Shown: piece after piece, positions 12,603-24,483 of the stretch
Layout of the letters: the number at the start of each line of letters is the position of its first letter
Position numbering within the stretch: position 1 is the stretch's first letter
DNA from: Takakia lepidozioides
Lineage: Eukaryota; Plantae; Bryophyta
Assembly: GCA_030704615.1 (NCBI GenBank)
Contig: CM060732.1
Span: 42,718,001 to 42,782,000 of the forward strand
Direction of reading: 5' to 3'
DNA length: 64,000 nucleotides
Made by a program: the position numbers and the translations under genes
The notes under the pieces: model-generated
The model's input: the letters and a program-made list of their open reading frames with translations, nothing else
Databases searched by the model: none
What the model was told of the DNA's origin: nothing

Positions 12603-13218
12603 CCCTTTTAATCAAATGAAATAAAATGAAGGTCACAAGAGGTGGAAAATATAACCACCTAGGGAGGCCGTAAAGGCTAACCGAGGGGCATACTAGCTAT
12701 ACTATGTACCCCAAACTCATTTGCCCAGTTTGGGAAGGTCAGGCAAAAGCAAAGATTGGAACCTCAACCATCATCTAATTAAAAAATCTCTTACTATGCA
12801 ACAACAATAATACAACAATAATACAACAATGTATGGGTGGTACTAAGAAACAAGAATAGATGTAGCAATGAGCAGGGAGTTCTAAGGGAGATGTAAGTGA
12901 GCAGAACTAGCTATGGAGCTGATAGGAATGGAAGCCCATCGAGCAGCATGAAAAAACCCATTCTTGCAAAGCAGAACATAGAGCTAAGATTGAAACTGGA
13001 ATAGAAATCCAACAAAAGAAAGCTAAAAACGCAGTTGGGTTCTAAACTTGGTAACTCGCGCCTTCTTCTATTTCCAACTAAACTCTCCATCCTCGCCTTC
13101 ACCAGGAGACATCCCAGGCAGCACAGTACCACATGTTGGGAAAGCTGGTTCCAAGAACGTCACTTTTACCCCATGACTGCTGAAAATCAGCGATGAACTT
13201 CCTCCCCCGTTGTTCAGA
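12603..13218 (-). mobile_element. 3'-end fragment of a LINE related to the 2183-6240 element
   Basis: 12603-12690 matches 2183-2272 (GGTGGAAAA.ATAACCACCTAGGGAGGCCGTAA). GGAGACATCCCA at about 13105 matches about 2609. Confidence 0.75.
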
Positions 13219-14139
13219 AAACACTATTTTAATTAATTCTAAACTTTTGGCTTAAATCCAAACTAAACTTAATATATATTTGTATTAAAATTAATTAATA
13301 ATATTAATAATATCATGGTGTAATGTGTGATTGAACTTTGTGAAATTTCAGGTGATGTCATACTTGTTTCAAAATATGTCATATAAGAGGTCCATTTGAC
13401 ATTGAACAATGTGAAGTAGCAGTATTGAACAATTCATTGAACGTCCACTTGGAAGTCGAATAAAGTAATATTCCATTGCAGGATCGCGATAAACAAATGG
13501 GTCGCATCGAACATGGTGACTATGGTTGATCTTAACGCTCCCCTGCTGGTATTTTCACGCCACTAGCGGGCAGACAAGCTGCTACCGCGATCTGTGGAGA
13601 ATCTTTTGTTTGTGTTTTCTGCAGCGGCGCCCTAACAGATCTGTGGAGGCTTGTCTGCTCACCCCTTCAAGCAAATCTATTATGTTTTGCCTTGTTGTAT
13701 GCCAGATCATGGACGTCAGGCTGAAGAGCTCTCCAGTTCCATTAATTTTGAAAAATTTTGGTTGATTATGCTTCTGCCTTTTGCTTGGTCTCTTTGTTTG
13801 CCTTATAACTCAGTTTTGACATGGATAGCAACTGTGAAGTCCTGCCATTCACCTCGCGCATCCTCACTAACACACAAAAAAATTTTGTGTTTGTTTTTGG
13901 GACGGGCGCAGGCGAGGGACTTCACTTGAATTGACTTATGAAGCTTGCAGGGATCTAAGCATTGTAGAGTGGATGAGTGTCGCTGCAATCGGCTGTTGCT
14001 GCACGCCAAACTCATACTCTACCATAAGATTACAACTTGCTAATAATCTTATTGATTGAATCTTCATATGAAGCACAATGTTCACATACCACGCCATTGG
14101 AATGAATCGTGTTTTGGATGTGACAAGGGCAGTAAAATA

Positions 14140-15800
14140 TTAGAATAGCATGAAACATTTGGAAGAGGTACTAGAATAGTACAATAAGGTTTGGGGTGTA
14201 ACTAGAGAGAAGTGTAATAAGATTTGGGTTTACAGTAAGGGTAAGGGTTTAGGATTTGGATTTAGGGTACAAAAGGACAAACAAATATGAATGGACTCAC
14301 ACTAGGTAGAATTAAGAAATGGTTGATGAATTTGATATCCCTGTGATCATTCTATCATACCTTATCCAACAAAAGAAAATATTAAAAGAGCATAAAACAT
14401 TGAGAAGAGGTAACATGGTAGTACAAAAAGGTTTGGAGTGAAACTAGGGTAGTACACTAAAGTAATTGGTTTACGGTAAGATTAATGGTTTAGGAGTGAT
14501 GGTAACTGTAGGGTTTTCGGTTTGGGTTTAAGAACACTATTGAACAAACAAATATGGAAGACTCACACTAGAACTTGGTGTGTGTTAGTAGGATAAAATA
14601 AAAAATAAAAAATGGAGAAACAAATATTATGGAAGAGTCATTGGGCCGGAGAAGTATTTAGATTGAGGATTCGTCCTTGGAACCTGGTATTAAGATACAT
14701 ATGGTTATGGTATGGATACTTCATTCCCATTTGCAGGGGAAGGGTAAGGGTTTAGACCGTAACAATGGCGTAGGGTTTTGTTTAGGGTTCCCGACGAGGG
14801 TTTAGGGTTTGGGTTGAAGACAGAAATGGTGAGCATACATGCCGGAAGACTCGCACTCGCTACAACTTAGTGTTGTTAGTAAGCCTGTAGTACTAAGCCA
14901 AATAAAAATGAAGAACCTAATATTATGGAAGTGTAGTCATTGCATCAGACAAGTATTTAAATGAAAGACTCGTCCTTGGAACCTGGTATTAAGATACATA
15001 GTTAGCAAAGTTCGATAAAAAAAGGTAAGTGCATGTCAATCCAAACCAAAGGCAAAACCTTGCGCAAGGTGAAGAGATTTGAATAACCATAAATAGTTAT
15101 GGTTATGGTATGGATACTTCATTCCCAGTTGCAGGGGAAGGGTAAGGGTTTAGACGTAACAATGGCGTAGGGTTTTGCTTAGGGTTTTCGACGAAGGTTT
15201 AGAGCTTGGGTTGAAGGCAGAAATGGTGAGCTTACATGCCGGAAGACTCGCACTCGCTACAACTTAGTGTGTGTTAGTAGGGTACAAAATGGAAATTTGG
15301 ATACATTGAAGAGATTTGGATAACCAAAATGGTTATGGTTATGGTATGGATAATTGATTCCCATTTGCAAAGGGAAGGGAAAGGGTTCTGGGGTATTGGG
15401 TTAAGGGTAAATGTTTAGGGTTTTCTAGTAAGGGTGGTTTAGGGTTTTCGTTTAAGTTACAAAATAGACAAACACTTATGGAAAACTCCAGACTTCGCTA
15501 GAACTTAGTGTTGTTAGTAGGGTACTAGTAAGCAAAAAAAAAAATGAAGAACCTAATATTATGGACAAGTATTTAAATGAAAGACTTGTCGTTGGAACCT
15601 GGACCTAGTATTAAGATGTAACATAGAAAGAAAATTGTAACGTGCCTAAATGCATGTCAATCCAAAACAAAGGAAAAAGCTAGCGCAAATGTGAAGGGAG
15701 AAGACATTTTATGGCTATGGTTATGGTATGAATAGTTCATGGGCCATTTGCAGAAATGGTAAGGGTTAGGGGTAATGCTAACATAAAAAGCAAGGTACTA
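14140..15800 (+). repeat. Degenerate tandem array (about 250-400 bp units) rich in telomere-like AGGGTTT/TTTAGGG motifs
   Basis: 14701-14872 is nearly identical to 15099-15270. CTTGGAACCTGGTATTAAGATACAT-like blocks at about 14676, 14975 and 15591. ATGGTTATGGTATG occurs four times. Confidence 0.8.
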
Positions 15801-16468
15801 CAAAAAAGGTATGTCAATCCAAAATCCTAAATAATTACAAAAATAAATAAATGAAATGAAAGTACACACTATGAGATTTGGAAAGAAAATGGCGTTATAT
15901 AACGACTTTTGGGAAACGCCTGGATCTCATGGGAGAAAATGGATCTGAAAAAACATGAGAGAGGATAAAAAGTCAGACCACCAAATAAAAACAAAGAGAA
16001 ATGAAAATTGCTTAAAATTTGAAAAACGGAAAATGACATGTGAAATTCCCTCTTAAACCAGGGCCAAAGATGAGAAGTATGAAAATGAAATGAAATGAAA
16101 ATTTGGTGCAGAAAAGTCGTAGAGCTTAGAGGGAAAATGGAGGAAAACCTCAGAGAAAAAACTTCAGGACTGGCAAATTGAAAAGTATGTCAACAACGAT
16201 TGAGTAAGGCTCCTCTTAGTGGGAGACTTCAGTGGGAGAATTGGTTATGCGAAAAGCAAGTCCAATGTTTCAGAGAAGGACTGGAAATGGGCTATTTTCT
16301 TCTGTTGTTAAAAACCTCTTTGACTGAATTTGAAGACTCTAGTGGTCGTGCCCGCCATTTTTGTTCTTGTGATCTATATGCTATGTAGGCGAAACTCACC
16401 CACAGGGTTTCTTTGTTGACCAGGACATACAGTAAGCCAGAATCCAGCAAACCAGAAACAGAGGACGA

Positions 16469-16495
16469 GAACGTCCATTGGACATTCGAGGTTCA
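16469..16495. promoter_or_regulatory. Element-specific palindrome, degenerate copy
   Basis: GAACGTCCATTG-GA-CATTCGAGGTTCA, just downstream of the transposase stop. Confidence 0.65.
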
Positions 16496-16575
16496 GTGCG
16501 ACATAAGAAACTAACAAAAATGATCCCCCAATGCAAACAAGAAAAGCCATATAGAGAAGAAAAAATTTGTTTCTT

Positions 16576-19500
16576 AAATCGTAATACTGGAGTTGACCTC
16601 AACAATATGTCCTTGGTATGGAACTTGCTCGCACGACTCGCATTCTGACTGACGATTAGCCTCATCCAAATTAGCGCGCATCTTCACTGCTTCAGCGGCA
16701 ATAATTCTCTTAGTGCTATTCTTTGTCATATTTTTTCATGGAGACATTGTCCGCACAACATTGTTCATGTGGATCCATTGAGGAGGATCTGACAAGTTAT
16801 ACTCCCAAAGTTTTGACCAACAGTCCCTATACCTTTCAAAGTCTGTTGGGTTACCACATTTTCTCGGTCTCCACCACTCCACCTTCACCTTCTTAAAATT
16901 AGGATCTTCCTTTTCGCGGATCACGTCAGATATTGCCACCCCCATCCAGACCGGGCACGTACTTGGGTCATGAGGGCGAACGAGCACAAAAAACCCTTTC
17001 TCAATATCCTTGAACGGATTCGAGGATATTATTGGTCGCTCACACCTCGGGCCACAGTAAGTTTCTACGATTTCATCATCTTCTTCCATATCTGGCACTA
17101 TGTGTGGATGGATTCCGTCTTTGTGATGATTCTTGGACCAATTTGTTTTCAGCGAGAATCCCTCAAAAAGCTGAATACGCTCGGGAGCTTCTGGAATTGG
17201 CTTATCCAGCTCGGCGAGAATGTTTCCCCAGTACTGTCCGTATTGTTCCATTCGACCTTTGTAATGATCATCAAGCATCATTCCTTTCGTCCAAAAATCC
17301 CTGTATTTTTTTATTCCATTCTTAATGAATGACTGTTTTTTGGAGAAGTCGTCCCCGACTCCCCAAATAGGTCTCCTTGGAATGGCGTCTGGGTCTCCTT
17401 CAGGGAGCTTGGGAGTCCTGTCAGGATTGGACTTCCACATCTTCACGCTATTGTTTGTTGGAAGCCAATCCGAATCAGTAGTGGACTTCTTGCACTTCAT
17501 GACGGGCCAGCCCTCCGCATCCTTAAAAAAACGGAAGACGTGCATCTCCGAAATCCCGACCAACGCCTCCTTTCCATCCACAGTACAGCCCTTGACCAAA
17601 TTCTTGAAGTCGGGAACCTCCTGAATAATCTGTGGAATGAATTGCAAATCTTGCGAGGTCATAAAAGTCCTCATCAAATCCGAAAGAATGTAGGTGTTTC
17701 GTTCCTTCAGCTTCTTCGATAGGTAGCTGAAGAACCCGTCGATGTCCTCATGGGTGTGTCCGTCCATTAGGAACCCTAGCTGGATTTCTTCAAAAACGTC
17801 TTTGGCGATCAGGAGGGATAGAAAATCAAGCATCCATCTGTTCTTACTGTCCTTCGCGGAGTTGTCCATTTGCAAGTACAGTCTTCTCGGAAGTGGACGA
17901 GCACCACGTTCGTCTTCCGGCCTACAGGGTTTAAGAGCAGATCTAAACATCTTGATTTACCTCTTAAAAGTGATTCGAAAAACTCGTTTTGAAGTCGGTA
18001 ATCGAAAATGTTCCTGGACTCGCGATAGGTTGGCTTCTCCAGCTGGTGCAGACAACGTGCCAAAGAACCAATTGTAAAGTTTGAATTTCCCTTCCAGAAC
18101 TCAAGATAATATTGACCGTAAGCTCTATCACCATGTCCGTGCGTTACCATTCCCGTTAGTGAAACTGGAAGTTGACCCAATCCAGAAATCATCTTGTTTG
18201 GAGTCTGGAGCCTTGGAACAGCTGTTTTCCTATGATCCATTTTGTCGTGAATAATACAGATAAACTCCTTCGAAATCATAACAGACTCATTCCTCCAGCT
18301 ATGGTACAGTTTTCTGCACGACTCTTGGTGCCTCAAATGTTTATCAAGCGCTCATTTGTGTGTCACCTGTTCCGCACTTCTCTTGACAGACTTTCTGATC
18401 AGGTCCTTTAACATCTCACACTCCGTGCACTTTGCAAATATGCTCCCAGTTTTACAAACCTCCACGTTAGGAAAAATCCGACTCCGGATGCCGACTGCGA
18501 GACTCCTTCCAACCCGAAAAGTCTGTTCGTCTGTTACAATAAGGAAGGGTCAGGAAAGGAACGTCCACTGGACAGTGGAGGTTCATGAAACTAGAACCAC
18601 AGTCGAAAGAGACAAAATCGAAGGGAGGATAATCAACATTGAATTAGAAAAAACTTCCAGGAAAGAAATTGAAGAATGGAGATTTCATACCTCATTGGAC
18701 TCGTCTCGTATTCGCTTCCAATTCATTTCAGGTGGTAAGACTCTCAAAGTATCCCTCCTTCCCCCCCCAATGCATCTTGTCTTATGGGGCATGAGGTCAG
18801 TATTTCCGTTGATAATGGACATAATGTTACCCTCTGCCTGAAGCGTCTGTGGGCGTGGCCTCTTCACTCCACGGTTCCTATGGAGACTTGACAACCAACC
18901 CTGTTTACTCAACTTTTTGTACTCCATGTATGTGGACCTGCCAATTCCATGAATTGTCCACCAAGCAGTCTCACAAACATCTACACCCTCAATCGTAACA
19001 TATGCCCTGCGAGAGGTCCCTTCCAGCAAGTGAAGTCGTTTTGAAACATTTAGTCCGTGTTCTCTCCTCTCATCGAAAGTGGATCCCCAAAATGAAGTAC
19101 AGATAGCCAAGGTTTTTCACCAATCGAAATATTGATAGCATTGAAGTCTGCAGCAAGGTTTGCTGCTCACTGACCGGACTTCCTCCAGAGTAAGATTCTT
19201 CATTTTTTTTTTGGAGTGTTCCAAATCTCGATCCCTCTTCTTCCTCGTAAAATGCCGATACGTCGCTTTCTTCACACCTGCCTCGTGATCTTCGTACAAG
19301 ATATTGTCAGAGGATCTAATAAAATTCTCCAGATCATTTAGAGTAGTCTCCCACTTTCCAAAAGTCGTGTTTTTATTAAAGGCCATTTTACAAGAGACAT
19401 CAAAGATCCAGTTCCTCCAGAAAGTATTCTGGTGACAAGAACTCTAACATCGTCCTCTCCTAGTTTGTCATTGAGGATCACCTCGTCCGGAATGTAGGCT

Positions 19501-19850
19501 TGAATCCTCCCCTCGAACAGTGCACCCCCATCATCACCCAACAGTACGCACTACAAGTTCTCCAGTTGTTTCTTTCGAGTCCTCCGCTCGGATTCCCGGA
19601 ACTCTTCGATGGTCAGTGGTTTGATTCATCCTCGTCGACGTCAGAATTCTCGGCAATATCCCTTGTCTCCGGCATAAAAGCAGGATTCATGTCAGGCCCT
19701 CCTTAATACTGTACATTTTCTCTCTCTTCTCCCTGTCTCTCCCTGTCCTCTAGGAAGCCTATTGCCAATGGGTGGACTTGATGCGGGAGTACATAAATGT
19801 CTCTATGACTAAATGTTGGCCTTGCCCCCGTGTCTTTGTTTGTTTTGACC
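16576..19850 (-). pseudogene. Sola-like / DUF7869-type DDD transposase, multi-fragment, with an intron at 18531-18690
   Basis: N-terminal C/H cluster (FAKCTECEML...HLRHQESCR) and catalytic-type motifs IIHDKMD, LYLQMDNS.KD.KN and GHTHEDIDGFFS. C-terminal Trp-rich block (VLVRP...PVWMG...VKVEWWRP). The stop at 16736-16738 is in frame with further coding sequence (KNMTKNSTKRIIAAEAVKMRANLDEANR), consistent with CGA>TGA decay. Several frameshifts. Confidence 0.85.
18559..18587. promoter_or_regulatory. Element-specific palindrome, inside the transposase intron
   Basis: GAACGTCCACTG-GA-CAGTGGAGGTTCATG. Confidence 0.85.
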
Positions 19851-20389
19851 TGAAGCACTTTGCTTTAGGTAAGGTAGTGCATTGGATTTAGTTGGGGAGT
19901 TTGGGGCTTACCCTCTTTAGAGTATGCCTACGCAGTCCATTCCCTGCAGCTCCCTAGGGTGTGATCTCTGAATGGTAACAAGCGGACCCCTACCGCTTGA
20001 GGGCAGCCCCTCCGCCCAAATTGGGGAGTCGTATGCTTTGTCCAGCATACTCGGCTAGGGTTGGTCCTTGTGCTTTAACTTATAGCCTGCAAACTCTACC
20101 AATACGTTACCTCTCTTCTCCGCATGAACTTTGCCAACATTCCACACGACCGGGATCCCAATGGCCTCCTTCAAGGTCTCAGCATCCATATGTCCATAAG
20201 GAAGAGGACATAATGAGTGTGCTTCATCACAGGAGATGAGAACCACTGAAATGGTTGAGGAAGATAATTGGTGTCCATGATAGGTCCCAACCCCGGAGAC
20301 ATTAAGGCAATCCCCAGTTGCTACTGGAGATGAAGACGCGGGAAGAGTAAGAAACACTCTTTGACCCGTCTCTGAGCTCATGATCACCA

Positions 20390-20415
20390 GAACCTCCACT
20401 GCACACACGAGGTTT
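20390..20415. promoter_or_regulatory. Element-specific palindrome, degenerate copy in the predicted 5'-leader intron of the transposase
   Basis: GAACCTCCACTG-CA-CACACGAGGTTT. Minus-strand GTAAGT donor at about 20452 and TTCAG acceptor at about 19850. Confidence 0.65.
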
Positions 20416-20690
20416 AAGAAACTGAAAACCCCTCCGTGAAAACCCTACTTACAGTAATAAGCAGTATGAGTTAAGACTATATTCAGAGATGAATCAATAC
20501 AATAAAATGAAATACACTCGCGTATGAACGTTTCAGAGAAGTAGGTAGACTTGCGATGGCCACAGAGGTACAGGATGCTCAGAGAGGTGCACTATGGGCA
20601 GTGAGGTGGGAGATGACCAGAGAGGTGCGAGAAACACAATCTGCAAGTGAGAGGTATGGAGATAGAAGTTTGAACAGTTTGCACTCAGAC

Positions 20691-21425
20691 CTTATATAGA
20701 GGTGGAAACCAGGTTGCCCGTTGGAACTCCTCCAATGGGATAGTGCGATACATTGTCTCGCGGATCAATTTCCGTCGCCGATATGGCCACAATCAAACGG
20801 TTCCTTTTGTTGCAGGAGTGCACTCTATGACCGATTTCGGAAAAGAGTATCATTTACTGGTAGATCCCTATGTAACAATTATGATGCCAGAATGATAACG
20901 GCCGATAACCGTGGTTCAATGGTTTCGTACTCGTGCTTATAAAGCAGTACATATTTCGCATTCAATGCTGTCCAAGTGGATCAAGGCCTGACGCCGATGA
21001 TAAGTGTCATGAAATTGTGCAGCTATGACACTCGGCCGAGAATGCGGCGGGCATAAATGAGTGACAGAGGAAATATTCCAAGCCTTAATCCGCCGAATGT
21101 AGACATGGTCAAGAGCAATAATTCCCAGCGGCAAAACGCCGTTGGAGAATCTGACTTGTACATTTCATTTATTGTCACGTATGGGGTATGGGAAATATCC
21201 CGCGGGGTTATAATTGATGATCATGTGCAAGGGATCATTAACGTCACATTTTCTCGTTCATTCATCTGTTTTTTCATTTCATCTAATCATTCGTAAAATG
21301 GATAGACAGAATGGAAATGATGAATTGGATGATATTTGCATAGATGTTGGATGGAACACGCACGACCGTTTGATTTCGAAAGGACGCGATGGTTCAGATC
21401 CTTTGCAACGGCACCATATAAGGGG
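20691..21425. promoter_or_regulatory. Putative divergent promoter region of the transposon
   Basis: Minus-strand TCTATATAAG at 20691-20700 is followed by a CT-rich leader. Plus-strand CATATAAGG at about 21415 is followed by a GA-rich first exon ending at the donor CAG|GTACTG (21768). Confidence 0.5.
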
Positions 21426-21748
21426 TGTGGTCGTTCAGCCCACCCTTTCGCCACTCCATTGTGTACGCGGAAGCGCTGCGGAAGTGGTAAGACCGACTAG
21501 CGCTAGAAAACAGAGAGTTTTGAAGAGGGGGAGAGCGTGAAGAGCAGAGAGCATGTTGTGCAGGGTGCCGTGAGAGCTGAGAGAAGAGAGCGTGCAGTTC
21601 AGTGCAGCGTGAGAGTGCAGTGGAGAAAAGGAAGCAGACAACGGATTCAAGTGCAGACAGGAGACGGGATGGAAGCAGAGCAAAAAGGAGAGCGGAGCGG
21701 TGGAAGCTTAAGGGTCAGGCGTTTCAGGTCAGCAACAGGGGCACCGAA

Positions 21749-23099
21749 ATGGTTCAGGCATCCAGCAGGTACTGTTCTTGTTTACAGTTACTATCTGGTT
21801 TGATGTCATTCTCTCTTGCTCGCTTTGATGTCATTCTCTCATTCTCTCTTTGTTCTGTTTATTGATTTGTTTTTGTTTTTGTTTTGCTATTGCTTTTGTT
21901 GGTCAACATCGCCCACGTCGCTGTTGGTTTGCTTATGTTCCTCACTCGCTTTCGTTCCAGAGGTTATAGAGCACCATTTGTTTCTTGCATGTCACGTTTC
22001 GTGAGTGTGATGTCTTGTCTGATACGGAGTATCTCATTTCAATTCATTGGTTCCAAAGCTGTTTCAATTTGATTGAATTGATTAAAGCTGTTTAGGTGTT
22101 TCAATGCATTGCTGCTTCTCTGCTGGTGGTTTGTATGGTGGTTTGTAAGGGTGGTTGGTATGGGTGGTTTGTTGTTCTGGTTTACTGGAGCTCCTGGATT
22201 ATTAGGGTTATGGATTAGGGTTATGGCGGGTTAGGATCATGGTTTTCTGTGATTGGTTTTTCGAATTTCTGATATTTGAAAACGGGTTTTTCTTCGGGCC
22301 TGGGCTACTCTAGTAGACTAGTCTCCGTAGACCACTAGACCTCTAGTGGACCTCCATAAACTCCGGCAGGACAAACCACACGAACCTCGCCTGCACAGTG
22401 GAGGTTCATGCGAATTACCATGCCAAGGCACAACATAAGGATGTTTTGAGATAGACTTATGTCGGTGCCTCCCCTGCATTGATTTTTTGTTCTGTCAGTA
22501 TAAAAAGAAGGGGCGTAGGAGTGCACACGGTGGCCAAAGATGGATCTAAGACCGTCGTCGACATCTGTAAGAGGCCAAGGAGACAAAATTCAGTAAACAT
22601 CAACGAAGCAGAAAACCAAGACGCATCACTGGTTGTATCGAAAACAAAAACCTTCAAGAAGAGATATGAGAATCAAATATCAGATGTGGACTCTAACGTG
22701 CGAACCTTCATAAATCCGGGCACTGACGAATCAATGTTCGAGGGAGTTATTCGATGGGAGACAACGGAGGAAACAGAGGAAGAGAAAGATGAAAGTGATG
22801 AGTGCAATCTTCAGTCTAATTTAGATAATGACATTTCTGTAGGAGATAGTGAACAATCCCCGGGATCTGTCCTTCCATCCTCTCCCGGATACAGTCCTGA
22901 CTCTCCTCAGTATCCAGTATCTGTCTTTGTAATTTCTCCAGAATATATCCCCGCTGATTCTCTAGAATATGTCCCTGCAGATTTTCCTCAGTACGTCCCT
23001 GGAGATTCTCCAGAATACATCTCTGGAGATTCTCCGATATATACCTCTAGAGAGTATTCCCCTGAAACCTTGAGGATGATTCGAGAGAGCCTCCTGTAG
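21749..23099 (+). CDS. Transposon accessory ORF: about 207 aa acidic protein with C-terminal SP(E/Q)Y(I/V)P(G/A)D repeats; exons 21749-21768, 22499-23099
   Basis: Open 200-codon exon (ORF track 22479-23099). A phase-compatible GT-AG intron gives MVQASSSIKRRGVG. Repeats: SPGYSPDSPQY, SPEYIPAD, SLEYVPAD, FPQYVPGD, SPEYISGD, SPIY, EYSPE. Confidence 0.5.
22382..22410. promoter_or_regulatory. Element-specific palindrome, inside predicted intron 21769-22498
   Basis: GAACCTCGCCTG-CA-CAGTGGAGGTTCATG. Confidence 0.8.
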
Positions 23100-23326
23100 T
23101 TATTGTAGATATAAGAAAATGAAAAGATGGACCTCATCTTACAAAACAATATCGAGTTATTGTAGATATTAGGTATTCATTATTCGAACAATTTTGAGAC
23201 TGCATGATGTATGAAATGGCGAGACGAGCCTTCTCTGAATAAATGTTTTTTCTTCTTATGAGTGAAATATTTTTTTCCTCCTGAATTGAATTTTTTTTAT
23301 CTGTCAGCTATGAGCTGTGAAGTGGT

Positions 23327-23351
23327 GAACCTCCACTGGACAGTGGAGGTT
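23327..23351. promoter_or_regulatory. Element-specific palindrome, between the accessory ORFs
   Basis: GAACCTCCACTG-GA-CAGTGGAGGTT. Confidence 0.85.
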
Positions 23352-24451
23352 ACTATCCTAGGAGTTTTGTATGGTTGTTATGATATGTGTCTGACGACAG
23401 AGGTGGTTTGTTCTGTGGACAACAACATCACCCCCAATGATTGTATTGTTGGAATGTGCAAACCTATCTGTGGTTCATTTGTTTCTCGAAAATCTCCAAA
23501 TTTTAAGAATGATCACCTGGCAATTTTGAGCTCAACCTGGAGATCACAGAATGGGGCATTGTACCCGTTGGCACACCTCCGGACCATAAGTTCCGGTTCC
23601 AATACAAGATTGGTGCAGAGGTCGCCGAGCTCAAATATGCAGATATGGTCGACGTAGAGCTGGAGACGGAGGTGGAATTTCCGATGCTGGTAATGTTCAT
23701 GATGGAAGATGGTAGATTTCCCAGAACGTTTGGCTTCAAACTAGAGGTACGAATTTTAAGGAAGGCCATGATGAGAGAATCCATTCGGGCGGGGTTCACA
23801 TATTGCGATGATGGTACTCAATTTACAGATGAAGGTTTTTGCATGGCTTGGGGTATTTTCTTGGATGTGCTTTACTTAAAGGGTAAGAAGATGCAAAGAC
23901 GCGAGAGGAGGAGGCTGCAAGAGCGAGGCCAAAGAAGGGCAAATGGAAATCCATTGACGCCGGTGGTGATGAGAATGAAGCCGGGACATCAGGGGGAAAG
24001 AAGAAACAAAAGGAGGAGATGGATCCCGCTTTCATGATAGATAACAAGAAACCCAAGGCTTCAGACATATTCGACAAAGAGAAGTGTGAGAAGATACAGG
24101 AGATCGAGGCTGGAGCAAGACTACAATGACATGTTTCCTTTTGGGTTTGAGGCGACCCAGGACGTCAAAGTTTCTATGATGGAGCTTGCTATCAGGGATA
24201 TGGTGTACAGGCCCGTAAATGTGAAGCACAAAGACGAAGTCAAAGCGCGTCTTTACCAGCTCCAGGTGTTCGACTCCAAACATCCAGTTTATTTGATTCC
24301 CGCAAACCCCGAGAAGCCTATGGAGGTTTCTAATTCGAAACTTCGAAACTGGAAGGAGGTGGAAAATTCCAGATTCTTCGTCATCGGTGGACAAACACAC
24401 GATCATTGCTGCCAAGGTATATTTCCCAACAAGTTCCAATTTTTTTAACAA

Positions 24452-24483
24452 CATGAACCTCCACTGGACAGTGGAGGTTCATG
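24452..24483. promoter_or_regulatory. Element-specific palindrome, perfect 15-2-15 copy, inside intron 24417-24545
   Basis: CATGAACCTCCACTG-GA-CAGTGGAGGTTCATG. Confidence 0.9.

Noticed and set aside
13222-13240. CACTA pentamer as the left end of the large transposon
   Set aside because: It is followed by TTTTAATT rather than a CACTA-type TIR, has no matching right end, and the transposase is not TnpD-like.
13340-14040. Possible additional spliced gene in the element
   Set aside because: Several TGCAG acceptors are present, but no recognisable protein could be reconstructed.
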